From Deltaproteobacteria bacterium (GTDB taxonomy: Bacteria; Desulfobacterota; GWC2-55-46), in NCBI GenBank assembly GCA_016182655.1, contig JACPGB010000056.1, positions 18,572-82,571 of the forward strand: 64,000 bases of DNA, read 5' to 3'. The position numbers were made by a program, and so were the translations under genes. Positions 1-8,019 of the stretch are shown piece after piece; within the stretch, counting starts at the first letter, position 1; every line of letters begins with the position of its first letter. A model generated the notes under the pieces. That model searched no databases and was not told the DNA's origin. It worked only from the letters and a program-made list of their open reading frames with translations.

Positions 1-777
1 ATCCCTTATGAGCCTCAGCATACCGGAGGGCTCCACGGAAGCGGCCTGGTCAGAGCCCCACATGGCTCTATCCAAAGTTATATGCCTTTCGATAAAAAAG
101 GCCCCAAGCGCGACAGCGGCACATGTCGTCTGTAAGCCGACCTCATGGCCTGAGTAGCCGACAGGGAACTCGTACAACGCCTGGAGAGTGTTTATCATGC
201 GCAAGTTCAACTCTTCAGGCTTGCATGGATATGTGCTGGTCGAATGGGCTATCAGAAGGTCCGATGAGGCCAGGACATTGACAGCCCTGTCTATCTCTTC
301 CATCGTAGACATGCCGGTGGACAAAATCACGGGACGCCCGGTCTTTTTCATGCGTCCAATCAGGCCCAGGTCTGTAATTGAAGCAGAAGCCAATTTATAG
401 CATGGCGCGTCGAATTGCTCAATAAAGTCCACTGAGGGCTCATCCCAGCATGAGGCAAACCAGCAGATATTCCTCTCCTTGCAGTAGCGGGATATTTCCC
501 GGAAATCCTCCTGGCCGAACTCGACCCTGTGGCGGTACTCCATATATGTCATCATCCCCCACGGCGTCTCCCTCATTACATTGCGCTGTTCAGGCGGCAC
601 GCATAATTCGGGCGTCCGTTTCTGGAATTTTACCGCGTCGAAACCGGCCATTATCGCGGCGTCAATAAGTTTCCTGGCTATCTCCAGACTCCCATTATGG
701 TTTAACCCGATCTCGGCTATGGTAAAGACCGGATTGCCTGGTCCGATTGTCTTGTTACCTATTTGGATCGTTTTCAT
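1..777 (-). CDS. neuB: Nonulosonate (N-acetylneuraminate-type) synthase, NeuB/PseI/LegI family; the C-terminus runs off the left edge
   Basis: Absent from the ORF track because the window edge truncates it. Reverse-strand translation from the ATG at 777 reads MKTIQIGNKTIGPGNPVFTIAEIGLNHNGSLEIARKLIDAA... The frame is still open at nt 1 (...WGSDQAASVEPSGMLRLIRD). AEIGxNHNG and WGSDxxAS are family hallmarks. Confidence 0.88.
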   Translation of the reverse strand, partial: MKTIQIGNKTIGPGNPVFTIAEIGLNHNGSLEIARKLIDAAIMAGFDAVKFQKRTPELCVPPEQRNVMRETPWGMMTYMEYRHRVEFGQEDFREISRYCKERNICWFASCWDEPSVDFIEQFDAPCYKLASASITDLGLIGRMKKTGRPVILSTGMSTMEEIDRAVNVLASSDLLIAHSTSTYPCKPEELNLRMINTLQALYEFPVGYSGHEVGLQTTCAAVALGAFFIERHITLDRAMWGSDQAASVEPSGMLRLIRD

Positions 778-795
778 CGAAATCCTCCTCGCGAG

Positions 796-1995
796 TCAAA
801 CTGCTTTAATTTTTTGGATCAAAAGATCGCATATCTCCCTGACAGCGCCACGCCCCCCTGAAGACCGGAGGACAATCCTTGCCGAAGACTTGATCTCGGG
901 ATAAGCGTCCGCCACCGCGACCCCGCACCCGACCGCTCTGAGACATTCAAGATCGTTGACATCATTGCCTACATAGACCACTTTTGAGAGGTCTATCCCT
1001 CGCTCCGCGGCCCAAGCCGTCATGGCGGCCAATTTATTATCCACGCCGTTTATGCACTCGACTCCCAGCTTTTGAGACCGGAACAGCACTATCGGCTTTT
1101 TCTCAGTGGACAGCGTCAATATCGGGACCCCGGCGACCTTAAGCAGCGAGATGCCGTGTCCGTCACTCCTGTTGCATAAAGCCGATTCGACCCCGTTCTC
1201 GTCTATGATCACGGAATTGTCGGTAAAGACTCCGTCGAAATCAAATATCGCCGCTTCGATCCTGTCCGGGAGTTTTTGAATATTATTATTCGCCTTTCTG
1301 TCAAGGAGGCGCGATTCAGCCAATACCAAATCGAACGGCTCGTCTATTTCAAGACATCTCTCGGCGGGCATAACATACATCGCTGTCTTTCCAAAAAACC
1401 TGAATTTAGCCTCTTTGAAGCCATTGGCCCTCATCGCGTATACCGCGCCTGTCTCAAGGAACTGCGCCTCCCTTTCCTGCCTGAGAGGCCGTACCTTTTT
1501 GTTGTGATTTATGCCTGCGCTGTCTCCATCCGGCTCTCTCTTCCACAGAAAATAATGGAAATGAGCCGCGGAAAAGGCGGAATCCGCTTTTTCATCGAGC
1601 AGGACCTGTATAGTGCCGTTTATATCTTCTGGAAGCGTCAGCGGAGACGTGCATTGAAGGAAAACGAGTATGTCAGGCACGAGAGAATTTTTTTCCTCAA
1701 TCTGTTTAAGAGCGTCCAAAAGGGCTTCTTCCGATGAGGAGCGGTCCCCACTTATCTCAGGCGGCCTTAAAATCACCTCGGCGCCATATGCCTTTGAAAT
1801 ACGTTCAATTTCAAGGCTATCAGTTGAAACAAAGACTCTTTCGATCAGGCCTGATCTTTTAGCGTTTTCTATAGTATAGGATATGAGCGGTTGCCCGCTT
1901 AATATTTTTATGTTTTTGTCAGGGATACCCTTTGAGCCTCCACGGGCTGGAATGATCGCCGCTATTTTCATCTCGGTCTTTGTCCTTTCAGACAA
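796..1995 (-). CDS. neuA: Acylneuraminate cytidylyltransferase (CMP-nonulosonate synthetase) fused to a HAD-IIIA (KdsC / sugar-9-phosphate phosphatase-like) domain
   Basis: The N-terminus MKIAAIIPARGGSKGIPDKNIK is the cytidylyltransferase motif. The C-terminal part carries the HAD motifs AAIFDFDGVFTDN...YVGNDVNDLECL. An alternative ATG at 1971 gives an ATGA overlap with the upstream stop. Confidence 0.85.
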   Translation of the reverse strand: MSERTKTEMKIAAIIPARGGSKGIPDKNIKILSGQPLISYTIENAKRSGLIERVFVSTDSLEIERISKAYGAEVILRPPEISGDRSSSEEALLDALKQIEEKNSLVPDILVFLQCTSPLTLPEDINGTIQVLLDEKADSAFSAAHFHYFLWKREPDGDSAGINHNKKVRPLRQEREAQFLETGAVYAMRANGFKEAKFRFFGKTAMYVMPAERCLEIDEPFDLVLAESRLLDRKANNNIQKLPDRIEAAIFDFDGVFTDNSVIIDENGVESALCNRSDGHGISLLKVAGVPILTLSTEKKPIVLFRSQKLGVECINGVDNKLAAMTAWAAERGIDLSKVVYVGNDVNDLECLRAVGCGVAVADAYPEIKSSARIVLRSSGGRGAVREICDLLIQKIKAV

Positions 1996-2930
1996 CCCTT
2001 CAATTTTCTGCTGACCTCAAGATAGTACAGATACAGGAGTACTTTATGATACTCATTTCCGGAGCTTTTATGAATCTTCTCTTTCTTTTTGAAAATGGCA
2101 CGCAATAGCTGGTCACCTTTAACAAGTTCAAACCCAGCCTCAGACAGGAGCGGTATCAGAGTCCCAAGGGTAAAATGATAAAGATGCGCATTTTGCAGAA
2201 ACATCAGGAGATCGCCTTTATAGGCGTTATGCACATTCAAAATGCCCGGCACCTCTATATAAAGATAACCGTAATCAGAGAGCAGCCCCCGTATGGACTT
2301 CAGGAATCCGAGCGGGTCCTTGATATGCTCCAGGACATGATTTAACAGCACCAAGTCCGCGGGGGCGTGCTCTGTAAGCGAAGCGGCCTCTCCGTGGACG
2401 AGCGCAAGCCCCTGGGCTTTGCCGAACTCCAGATACTTCCGCCCGAGGTCGCAACCAAAGGTCGTGAAACCAGCGTCCCTGAATGGAACGAGTATTCCTC
2501 CCGCGCCGCACCCAATATCAAAGACCTTGAGCGTACTCTTGAAGTCTATATTGCTTTTTATAAAAGAGAAAACCGAGGCGCCCCTTAATACCTGCTCCTT
2601 GAAAAATTCATCAGACGCCTTCTCATCACCCACATAGATCGCCCTGTAATCATCTTCATAAAACTTTTTCAGGCTCTCATCGGTAAGTTGGGGCGAGGTA
2701 CGCATCAAGCCGCATTTCCTGCATAACCAAGTATTCACATTGAGTGCGTACCTGTCACGCTTTGCGATCAGATAGCCGCCTGTATCCCCGCAGAGGCATG
2801 GCCTATCCTCAAATAAATATTCTCCCTGTTCTATCTTATTTCTGAAAGCAGAGAGTGCTTTTTCCTGTTTCAGACTCAATTTTAAAATAGGGGTACTAAT
2901 ATTATGAAGCCGTTCAAACATCTTTATCAC
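1968..2930 (-). CDS. Class I SAM-dependent methyltransferase with an N-terminal Cys-rich (CLCG...CRKCG) segment
   Basis: SAM motif I is VFDIGCGAGGILVPF, followed by LLNHVLEHI. The start overlaps the wzt stop by 17 nt. Confidence 0.75.
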   Translation of the reverse strand: MIKMFERLHNISTPILKLSLKQEKALSAFRNKIEQGEYLFEDRPCLCGDTGGYLIAKRDRYALNVNTWLCRKCGLMRTSPQLTDESLKKFYEDDYRAIYVGDEKASDEFFKEQVLRGASVFSFIKSNIDFKSTLKVFDIGCGAGGILVPFRDAGFTTFGCDLGRKYLEFGKAQGLALVHGEAASLTEHAPADLVLLNHVLEHIKDPLGFLKSIRGLLSDYGYLYIEVPGILNVHNAYKGDLLMFLQNAHLYHFTLGTLIPLLSEAGFELVKGDQLLRAIFKKKEKIHKSSGNEYHKVLLYLYYLEVSRKLKGCLKGQRPR

Positions 2931-4176
2931 CTATGGCGACATACTTCCATGGAATCTGCATCAACAAAAGGCCCTTTCTACGTGCGCCTTCTTTCATCGT
3001 CCCGAAGTCTCCGGTATCGTGAAGCGTAAAGGAGACCGTGTCATTACGGTCTATGCTCTCAACGCCGGGGATACCTATTCCGACCGATATGGTGTATTGC
3101 CCCACATTCAAGCTGTTCGTCGGAAGCTTCACCTGAACGCAATAAGCGCCCGGCAAGCGCTCGTTAAACAAACCGGAATCGGTATCCGTATCAGCAGTTG
3201 AAAAGACATGAACCCCATCGAATGTCGTCAATATGCACGCGACATGCAGCCCGCTCAGTCTTTCTCTGATAACAAAAGAGATCTCAACTATCGGATCCTC
3301 GCCACTTGTGAAGTCCGTTTTTTCATTTTCATCCTTATCTAACAGCCTTACTCCGGTTATCTGCGCCCTCTTACCTTCATGTGTCTCGAACTTTATTGAC
3401 GCGGCGTTACGATACGCCGAGGCCATGTATAATTGAATAATACCGTCCGTCGTGCCGGTTTCGACCAATTTTCCTGAAGCGAGGAGTACGGCCTTGGTGC
3501 AAAGCTGTCTCACCGCCCCCATGTTGTGGCTTACGAACAGCACCGTCCTCCCGCCCTTCGCCACCTCCCCCATCTTGCCGAGGCACTTCTTCTGGAAGAC
3601 GGCGTCGCCGACCGCAAGCACCTCGTCAATAACAAGTATCTCCGGCTCGAGGTGCGCGGCTACGGCAAAGGCGAGCCTGACGTACATGCCGCTTGAATAT
3701 CTTTTGACCGGGGTGTCCAGGAACTTCTCTATTTCGGAGAACGCGACTATCTCGTCGAACTTCGCCTTTATCTCCTTCGCGGTCATGCCGAGCAGCGCGC
3801 CGTTTAAAAAGATGTTCTCCCTGCCGGTGAGCTCCGGGTGGAAGCCGGTGCCGACTTCAAGCAATGACGCGATCCTCCCGCGCATTGTGATGCGCCCTTC
3901 GGTCGGCTCGGTTATGCGCGAGAGTATTTTAAGGAGGGTCGATTTTCCCGCGCCGTTCCTGCCGACGATGCCGACGATGTCGCCCTCGTTCACATCGAAC
4001 GAGACGTCCTTTATCGCCCAGACGGTCGGCTCCTCGCGCCTCGCCTCGCCTTTAAGGACACGCCTTAAGGGGGATGAGAGCGCGTCCATTACCTCCTCGC
4101 GGAGGCTACCGTAGAACGCCTTCTCTCCTATGGAGTAGCGCTTGGAAACGCCTTGTATGGAGATGATGGGTTTCAT
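2914..4176 (-). CDS. wzt: Polysaccharide/O-antigen ABC exporter ATP-binding protein (Wzt/TagH type) with a C-terminal extension
   Basis: Walker A is GRNGAGKST, the ABC signature is YSSGMYVRL and Walker B is LVIDEVLAVGD. About 170 extra C-terminal residues (IKFETHEGKRAQITGVRLLD...) match Wzt proteins that carry a glycan-binding domain. Confidence 0.9.
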   Translation of the reverse strand: MKPIISIQGVSKRYSIGEKAFYGSLREEVMDALSSPLRRVLKGEARREEPTVWAIKDVSFDVNEGDIVGIVGRNGAGKSTLLKILSRITEPTEGRITMRGRIASLLEVGTGFHPELTGRENIFLNGALLGMTAKEIKAKFDEIVAFSEIEKFLDTPVKRYSSGMYVRLAFAVAAHLEPEILVIDEVLAVGDAVFQKKCLGKMGEVAKGGRTVLFVSHNMGAVRQLCTKAVLLASGKLVETGTTDGIIQLYMASAYRNAASIKFETHEGKRAQITGVRLLDKDENEKTDFTSGEDPIVEISFVIRERLSGLHVACILTTFDGVHVFSTADTDTDSGLFNERLPGAYCVQVKLPTNSLNVGQYTISVGIGIPGVESIDRNDTVSFTLHDTGDFGTMKEGARRKGLLLMQIPWKYVAIGDKDV

Positions 4177-4195
4177 CTAAGATCCAAAATCCTTA

Positions 4196-4321
4196 TTGTC
4201 ATTGCGAGGAGCGGTCCTCGCCGGACCGGCAACCCCGTACCAAGCGGCGGGCGACGAAGCAATCTCAAGGCGTTGATATGCCATAAAAGATGAGATTGCT
4301 TCGCTCCGCTCGCAATGACAA
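4196..4321. repeat. REP-like element with nested inverted repeats, between wzt and wzm
   Basis: The outer arms are TTGTCATTGCGAG (4196-) and CTCGCAATGACAA (-4321). The inner arms are GAAGCAATCTCA and TGAGATTGCTTC. About 40 nt are inserted in the left half. Confidence 0.6.
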
Positions 4322-4333
4322 CACTTCACAACT

Positions 4334-5161
4334 CTAAATAATATCGGCAAAATGCCTCTCCACCTTTCTAAAATACGCCATGCCCGTGATGAACACGAAG
4401 AGCCCGACAGATATTGATATCGCGAGCCCTCCCCAGGGTATCTCGCGGTTGCCGAATAGCGCGGGACGGAACGCCTCGATGACGCCGCTCATTGGGTTCA
4501 AATATACGAGCCAGCCCCACTCTTCCCCCAAAAGGCTCCTTGGGTAGATGACCGGGGTCGCGAACATCCAGACCTGTATGAGGAACGGGACCGCGTACTG
4601 TATGTCCCTGTACCTGACGTTCAGGGCAGAGAGCCACGCGCCGAATCCCACGGCCGTCATCATGGTCAGGAGGACGAGTACCGGGATGAGGACTACGCCC
4701 GCGCTTATGGGCGTGCCGTACCATATCATCATAACGACAAGCACGAGGGACGCGATAACGAGGTCGATGAGCGCGGCCGAGGCAGAGCTTACCGGGATTA
4801 TGACGCGCGGAAAATATATCTTGCTGATGAGGTTGGCGTTCGCCACAAGGCTTAAGGTGGACAGGCCCAGGACCGAGGCGAAGTAATTCCACGGGAGCAA
4901 CCCGGCAAGGACGAATACCGGGTACGGCAAGCCGTCCGACGGAAGATTGGCAAGCCTTCCGAAGAGGACCGAAAAGATTATCATTGCGAGCGCGGGCTGA
5001 AGTACCGCCCACGCCACCCCGAGCGCGGTCTGCTTGTACTTGACCTTTACGTCCCTCCAGACGAGGAAGTAAAGTAGCTCCCTGTACCTCCAGAGGCCGC
5101 CGAGGCCCGTTGATACGGAGGACTTTCCCGGCTCTATTATTAGCTCGTCTCGTTCATCCAT
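4334..5161 (-). CDS. wzm: ABC-2 type polysaccharide exporter permease (Wzm)
   Basis: Multi-pass hydrophobic protein downstream of wzt. I moved the start to the ATG at 5161 (MDERDELIIEPGK...) because the 34 extra N-terminal codons of the track ORF read through an intergenic repeat copy. Confidence 0.85.
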   Translation of the reverse strand: MDERDELIIEPGKSSVSTGLGGLWRYRELLYFLVWRDVKVKYKQTALGVAWAVLQPALAMIIFSVLFGRLANLPSDGLPYPVFVLAGLLPWNYFASVLGLSTLSLVANANLISKIYFPRVIIPVSSASAALIDLVIASLVLVVMMIWYGTPISAGVVLIPVLVLLTMMTAVGFGAWLSALNVRYRDIQYAVPFLIQVWMFATPVIYPRSLLGEEWGWLVYLNPMSGVIEAFRPALFGNREIPWGGLAISISVGLFVFITGMAYFRKVERHFADII

Positions 5162-5205
5162 TATAGTTTTACCAATAATTCCCTTAAGCAAAAAGAAAAT
5201 TATTT

Positions 5206-5294
5206 GACCCTCCCTGCCTCCCCTTGTTAAGGGGAGGAGCCGCAAACATCCCCTCCTTAACAAGTAGGGGCTTGGGGAGGTCGTATTTCTTTCA
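5206..5294. repeat. Copy 1 of an 89-bp direct repeat with two 9-bp-stem hairpins
   Basis: It differs from 5406-5494 at 3 positions (5209, 5216, 5265), with an offset of exactly 200 bp. The hairpins are CCTCCCCTT-GTT-AAGGGGAGG (5217-5237) and CCCCTCCTT-AAC-AAGTAGGGG (5250-5270). Confidence 0.85.
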
Positions 5295-5405
5295 CCCTCT
5301 TCACCCTCTCCTTTATTCCCTACCGTCGAGGGAGGGGAAATACTGGATTCCCGCTTTAAACGCGCGGGAATGACAATAATTTCAGGAGAAGGAGCTTATT
5401 AATAC

Positions 5406-5494
5406 GACTCTCCCTACCTCCCCTTGTTAAGGGGAGGAGCCGCAAACATCCCCTCCTTAACAAGGAGGGGCTTGGGGAGGTCGTATTTCTTTCA
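5406..5494. repeat. Copy 2 of the 89-bp direct repeat
   Basis: See copy 1. Both copies are followed, at different distances, by a related CTTCACCCTC...GTC(G/A)AGGGAGGGGAAAT hairpin unit (5296-5339 and 5512-5557). Confidence 0.85.
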
Positions 5495-5629
5495 ATCACC
5501 GAAAGATGAAATCTTCACCCTCCCCTTCATCCCCTCCCGTCAAGGGAGGGGAAATTTTTGGCTATCCCCCTCCCCCTTGACGGGGGAGGTTGGGTGGGGG
5601 TGAACAAGTTTTTCCCTCTCCCTTATATT

Positions 5630-6262
5630 TCAAGCCCCTCGCGCGCTGATCCTGCCGAGCCACCCCGTGGCGTTCACGTCCGATATCTTCTTTTCATCAA
5701 TACCGGCCTCGATAAGGGCCATCTTCAACCGCTCCCCGTCCTGAAAGCTCGTTATGACAATGATGTCGAAGTCCGTGATAACGAGATCTCCTATCGGTAA
5801 GACCCTCTGGCCGAGGAAGGCGTCGCCCGAGCGCTTTTCGTCCGCGATGGCGACGAGCTCAAGCCCGGTCTCCTTTATAGAGAGATACGCTATCTCGGTT
5901 ATCTCGTCCGCGCCGCAGAAGACTACGCGCCTAGAGTGCGATGCCTCGATGGACCTGAAAAGCGCTGAAAAGTCCGCGCGCGCGGCCTTATATATGTTCG
6001 TGAGGTTCTGTAGGTGCTGGTATGTGAGACGGGCCTTCTCGGAAAAGCCGCTCGGCGTGAGATAATAGGTGCACCTTTTCCGGGGTATCCCGGAGACGGT
6101 CACATAACCTTTTGAGATGAGCGTCTTTATGTAGGAATTCACGAGGCCGAGCGCGACCCCGAGCCTGTCGCTCAGGTCCCTCTGCGTCAGGTCCTTGTTC
6201 CTCGATATCTCGTCGAGGAGGAGGAGCGAATTATGCTCGACTTTCTCGTCCCTGGTGTTCAT
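5630..6262 (-). CDS. Winged-helix (EPS-associated MarR-like) transcriptional regulator with a C-terminal Rossmann-like domain
   Basis: The wHTH pattern is LLLLDEISRNKDLTQRDLSDRLGVALGLVNSYIKTLISKGYV...YYLTPSGFSEKARL. The C-terminal half (RRVVFCGADEITEIAYLSIKETGLELVAIADEK...) has a Rex/CoA-binding-like layout but no clear GxGxxG. Confidence 0.7.
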   Translation of the reverse strand: MNTRDEKVEHNSLLLLDEISRNKDLTQRDLSDRLGVALGLVNSYIKTLISKGYVTVSGIPRKRCTYYLTPSGFSEKARLTYQHLQNLTNIYKAARADFSALFRSIEASHSRRVVFCGADEITEIAYLSIKETGLELVAIADEKRSGDAFLGQRVLPIGDLVITDFDIIVITSFQDGERLKMALIEAGIDEKKISDVNATGWLGRISARGA

Positions 6263-6437
6263 GAAATGAACAATAGCATACGAGCGATATGCAGGTCAAG
6301 GGGTTTGTTCATATTCTGAACAGTTCTTTTTCGAGCGACTTCAAGGGTGTCTCGCACCCCTACCCCGCCCTGTTCATAAATTGAACAAAACGCTTGACCG
6401 CCACTCTTCAATTATGTTAATGTTCATTTCGTGAACA
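6256..6437. promoter_or_regulatory. Four perfect TGTTCA-N5-TGAACA palindromes (candidate operators) in the divergent control region
   Basis: The sites are 6256-6272 (overlapping the regulator start codon), 6306-6322, 6371-6387 and 6421-6437. Centre-to-centre spacing is 50, 65 and 50 bp. Confidence 0.6.
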
Positions 6438-6559
6438 AACATTTCAAAAAGACCTCAATAACACCCGCCGGACGGACGAGATATATAAATCAGGGTTTTT
6501 GAATAAGGTACGGTCGCTTTACAGGCTCGATCGACTCTCAATTTGAGGCTATCCCGTTC

Positions 6560-7208
6560 ATGCAGGCGTTCTTGAAAAAATGGCTACTCCCCCCGGCCGT
6601 CTCCGGCATATTGGGGCAGTTTTTCCTCAAGCTCGGTCCTGGACGCGAAAAGATTACCCCCGGCCTTCAGGAGAAACTTGCCATCCTTGCGAAGAACAAT
6701 GAATTGAGGGACAGGCACAGGGGCCAGAGGTGCTTCATCTTAGGCGCAGGGTCGTCTATAAAGAAGTCAGGACCTTAAGAAGCTCAAGGGTGAGATTGTC
6801 ATGAGCGTAAGCAACACATTCGTCCACCACGATTTTCCGCTCTTCAGGCCCAGGTACCATGTACTGCCGTCTATATTCGGGCATAAGATGTACGAGACCG
6901 AAAAGTATGTCAATTGGCTGATGGAGATGGAGGAGAAGACCTTCGACGCCGAGCCGTTCTTCCACTACGGCGACAGAGGTCCGATAGAAAAAAACGGGCT
7001 TTCCAAGGGAAGAACGGTGCATTGGGTCGAGTACGCGGAGTGGGACGGAAGCCCTAATACACCCCTCGACCGTTCCAAAGTCCCCTCGGGCTGGTCGGTT
7101 TCGGAGCTCGCCATAACGGTCGCGCTCTTCTATGTCGATGTCTTCCCGAAGGTAGCTTACGACTCGCTCTTTGAAAACATGGAGCGCGCGCAGACCGGCA
7201 AGGTGTGA
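6560..7208 (+). pseudogene. DUF115/MptE-like (Maf or sialyltransferase-like) transferase candidate, split by a +1 frameshift and apparently short at the C-terminus
   Basis: ORF 6560-6778 ends ...RCFILGAGSSIKKSGP*. The +1 frame is open from 6762 and continues QDLKKLKGEIVMSVSNTFVHHD... into ORF 6801-7208. The hhGxGxS-x(n)-hhxxSN pattern resembles the nucleotide-binding start of Maf/CstII-type enzymes. Confidence 0.45.
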
Positions 7209-7212
7209 GACG

Positions 7213-8019
7213 ATGGCTTTTTGCAAGATATCGATGATATTCCGCTCGGCGGTCCGCTCCCTCCTCTTCTTCTATGACATCGAGCTCAAGAAGAGGCTGA
7301 TGGCCAGGCGGTTCCCGGAGGCCTCGTTCGCCGGCGGCGCGTACGCCGACGAAGACTCCTCAATCGGAGAAGGTGTCGAGACGGGCGACGGCGCGGTCGT
7401 GACCTCCTCGAAGATAGGAAGGCGGGGCAGGATCGGGGCAGGCTCCCGCATTCATGATTCAGAAGCCGGAGACGATACCGTCCTCCTCGACAAGGTCTCC
7501 CTCGCGTCAGTCAAGATAAAGGGCAGGAGCTACATCGCGCCGGGGGCGCGGATGCAGAACTGCTCCATCGGAAGATATTGCTCCATCGGCCCGGAGGTCA
7601 TGGCCGGTATGGGCTTTCACCCGAGCAGGGGTTTCGTCTCCACATATCCCGCCTTTTTCAGGAAGCTCAATTACGGGTGCACGAAGAGCTTCGTTAACGA
7701 GGACCTTTTTGACGAAGTCGCCCCTATTAACATAGGCAATGATGTCTGGATAGGGGCAAGGGCCGTGATACTCGACGGCGTGACCATCGGCAACGGCGCT
7801 ATAGTGGGCGCGGGCGCGGTAGTTACCAAGGATGTCCCCGATTACGCGGTGGTCGGAGGCGTTCCGGCAAGGCTCATCCGCTACAGGTACGAGCCCGCGG
7901 ATATAGAATTTCTCCTTAAGCTCGCGTGGTGGGACAGGAATGAAGCGTGGATAATCGAGAACGCGAGGGACTTTCGCGATATCGAGACGCTAAAAAAGAG
8001 GTTGGCTGAGGCAAAATGA
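7213..8019 (+). CDS. Hexapeptide-repeat O-acetyltransferase (CatB/Vat xenobiotic acetyltransferase-like)
   Basis: The motifs are [54 protein letters not shown] and the C-terminal LLKLAWWD. I chose the ATG at 7213, just after the upstream stop and preceded by AGGTG. Confidence 0.85.
   Translation: MAFCKISMIFRSAVRSLLFFYDIELKKRLMARRFPEASFAGGAYADEDSSIGEGVETGDGAVVTSSKIGRRGRIGAGSRIHDSEAGDDTVLLDKVSLASVKIKGRSYIAPGARMQNCSIGRYCSIGPEVMAGMGFHPSRGFVSTYPAFFRKLNYGCTKSFVNEDLFDEVAPINIGNDVWIGARAVILDGVTIGNGAIVGAGAVVTKDVPDYAVVGGVPARLIRYRYEPADIEFLLKLAWWDRNEAWIIENARDFRDIETLKKRLAEAK

Noticed and set aside
188-904. Three plus-strand ORFs (188-400, 450-668, 581-904)
   Set aside because: They lie antisense to the clearly recognisable neuB reading frame on the minus strand and have no recognisable motifs. 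They are shadow ORFs.
5162-5263. N-terminal 34 codons of the wzm track ORF (MLRRGCLRLLPLTRGGREGQ...)
   Set aside because: This stretch is translated from copy 1 of the 89-bp intergenic repeat. The ATG at 5161 gives a normal Wzm N-terminus.
6756-7226. Minus-strand 156-aa ORF
   Set aside because: It is antisense to the transferase-like reading frame and has an Arg/Glu/Leu-rich composition typical of GC-rich shadow frames. It has no motif and no SD site.
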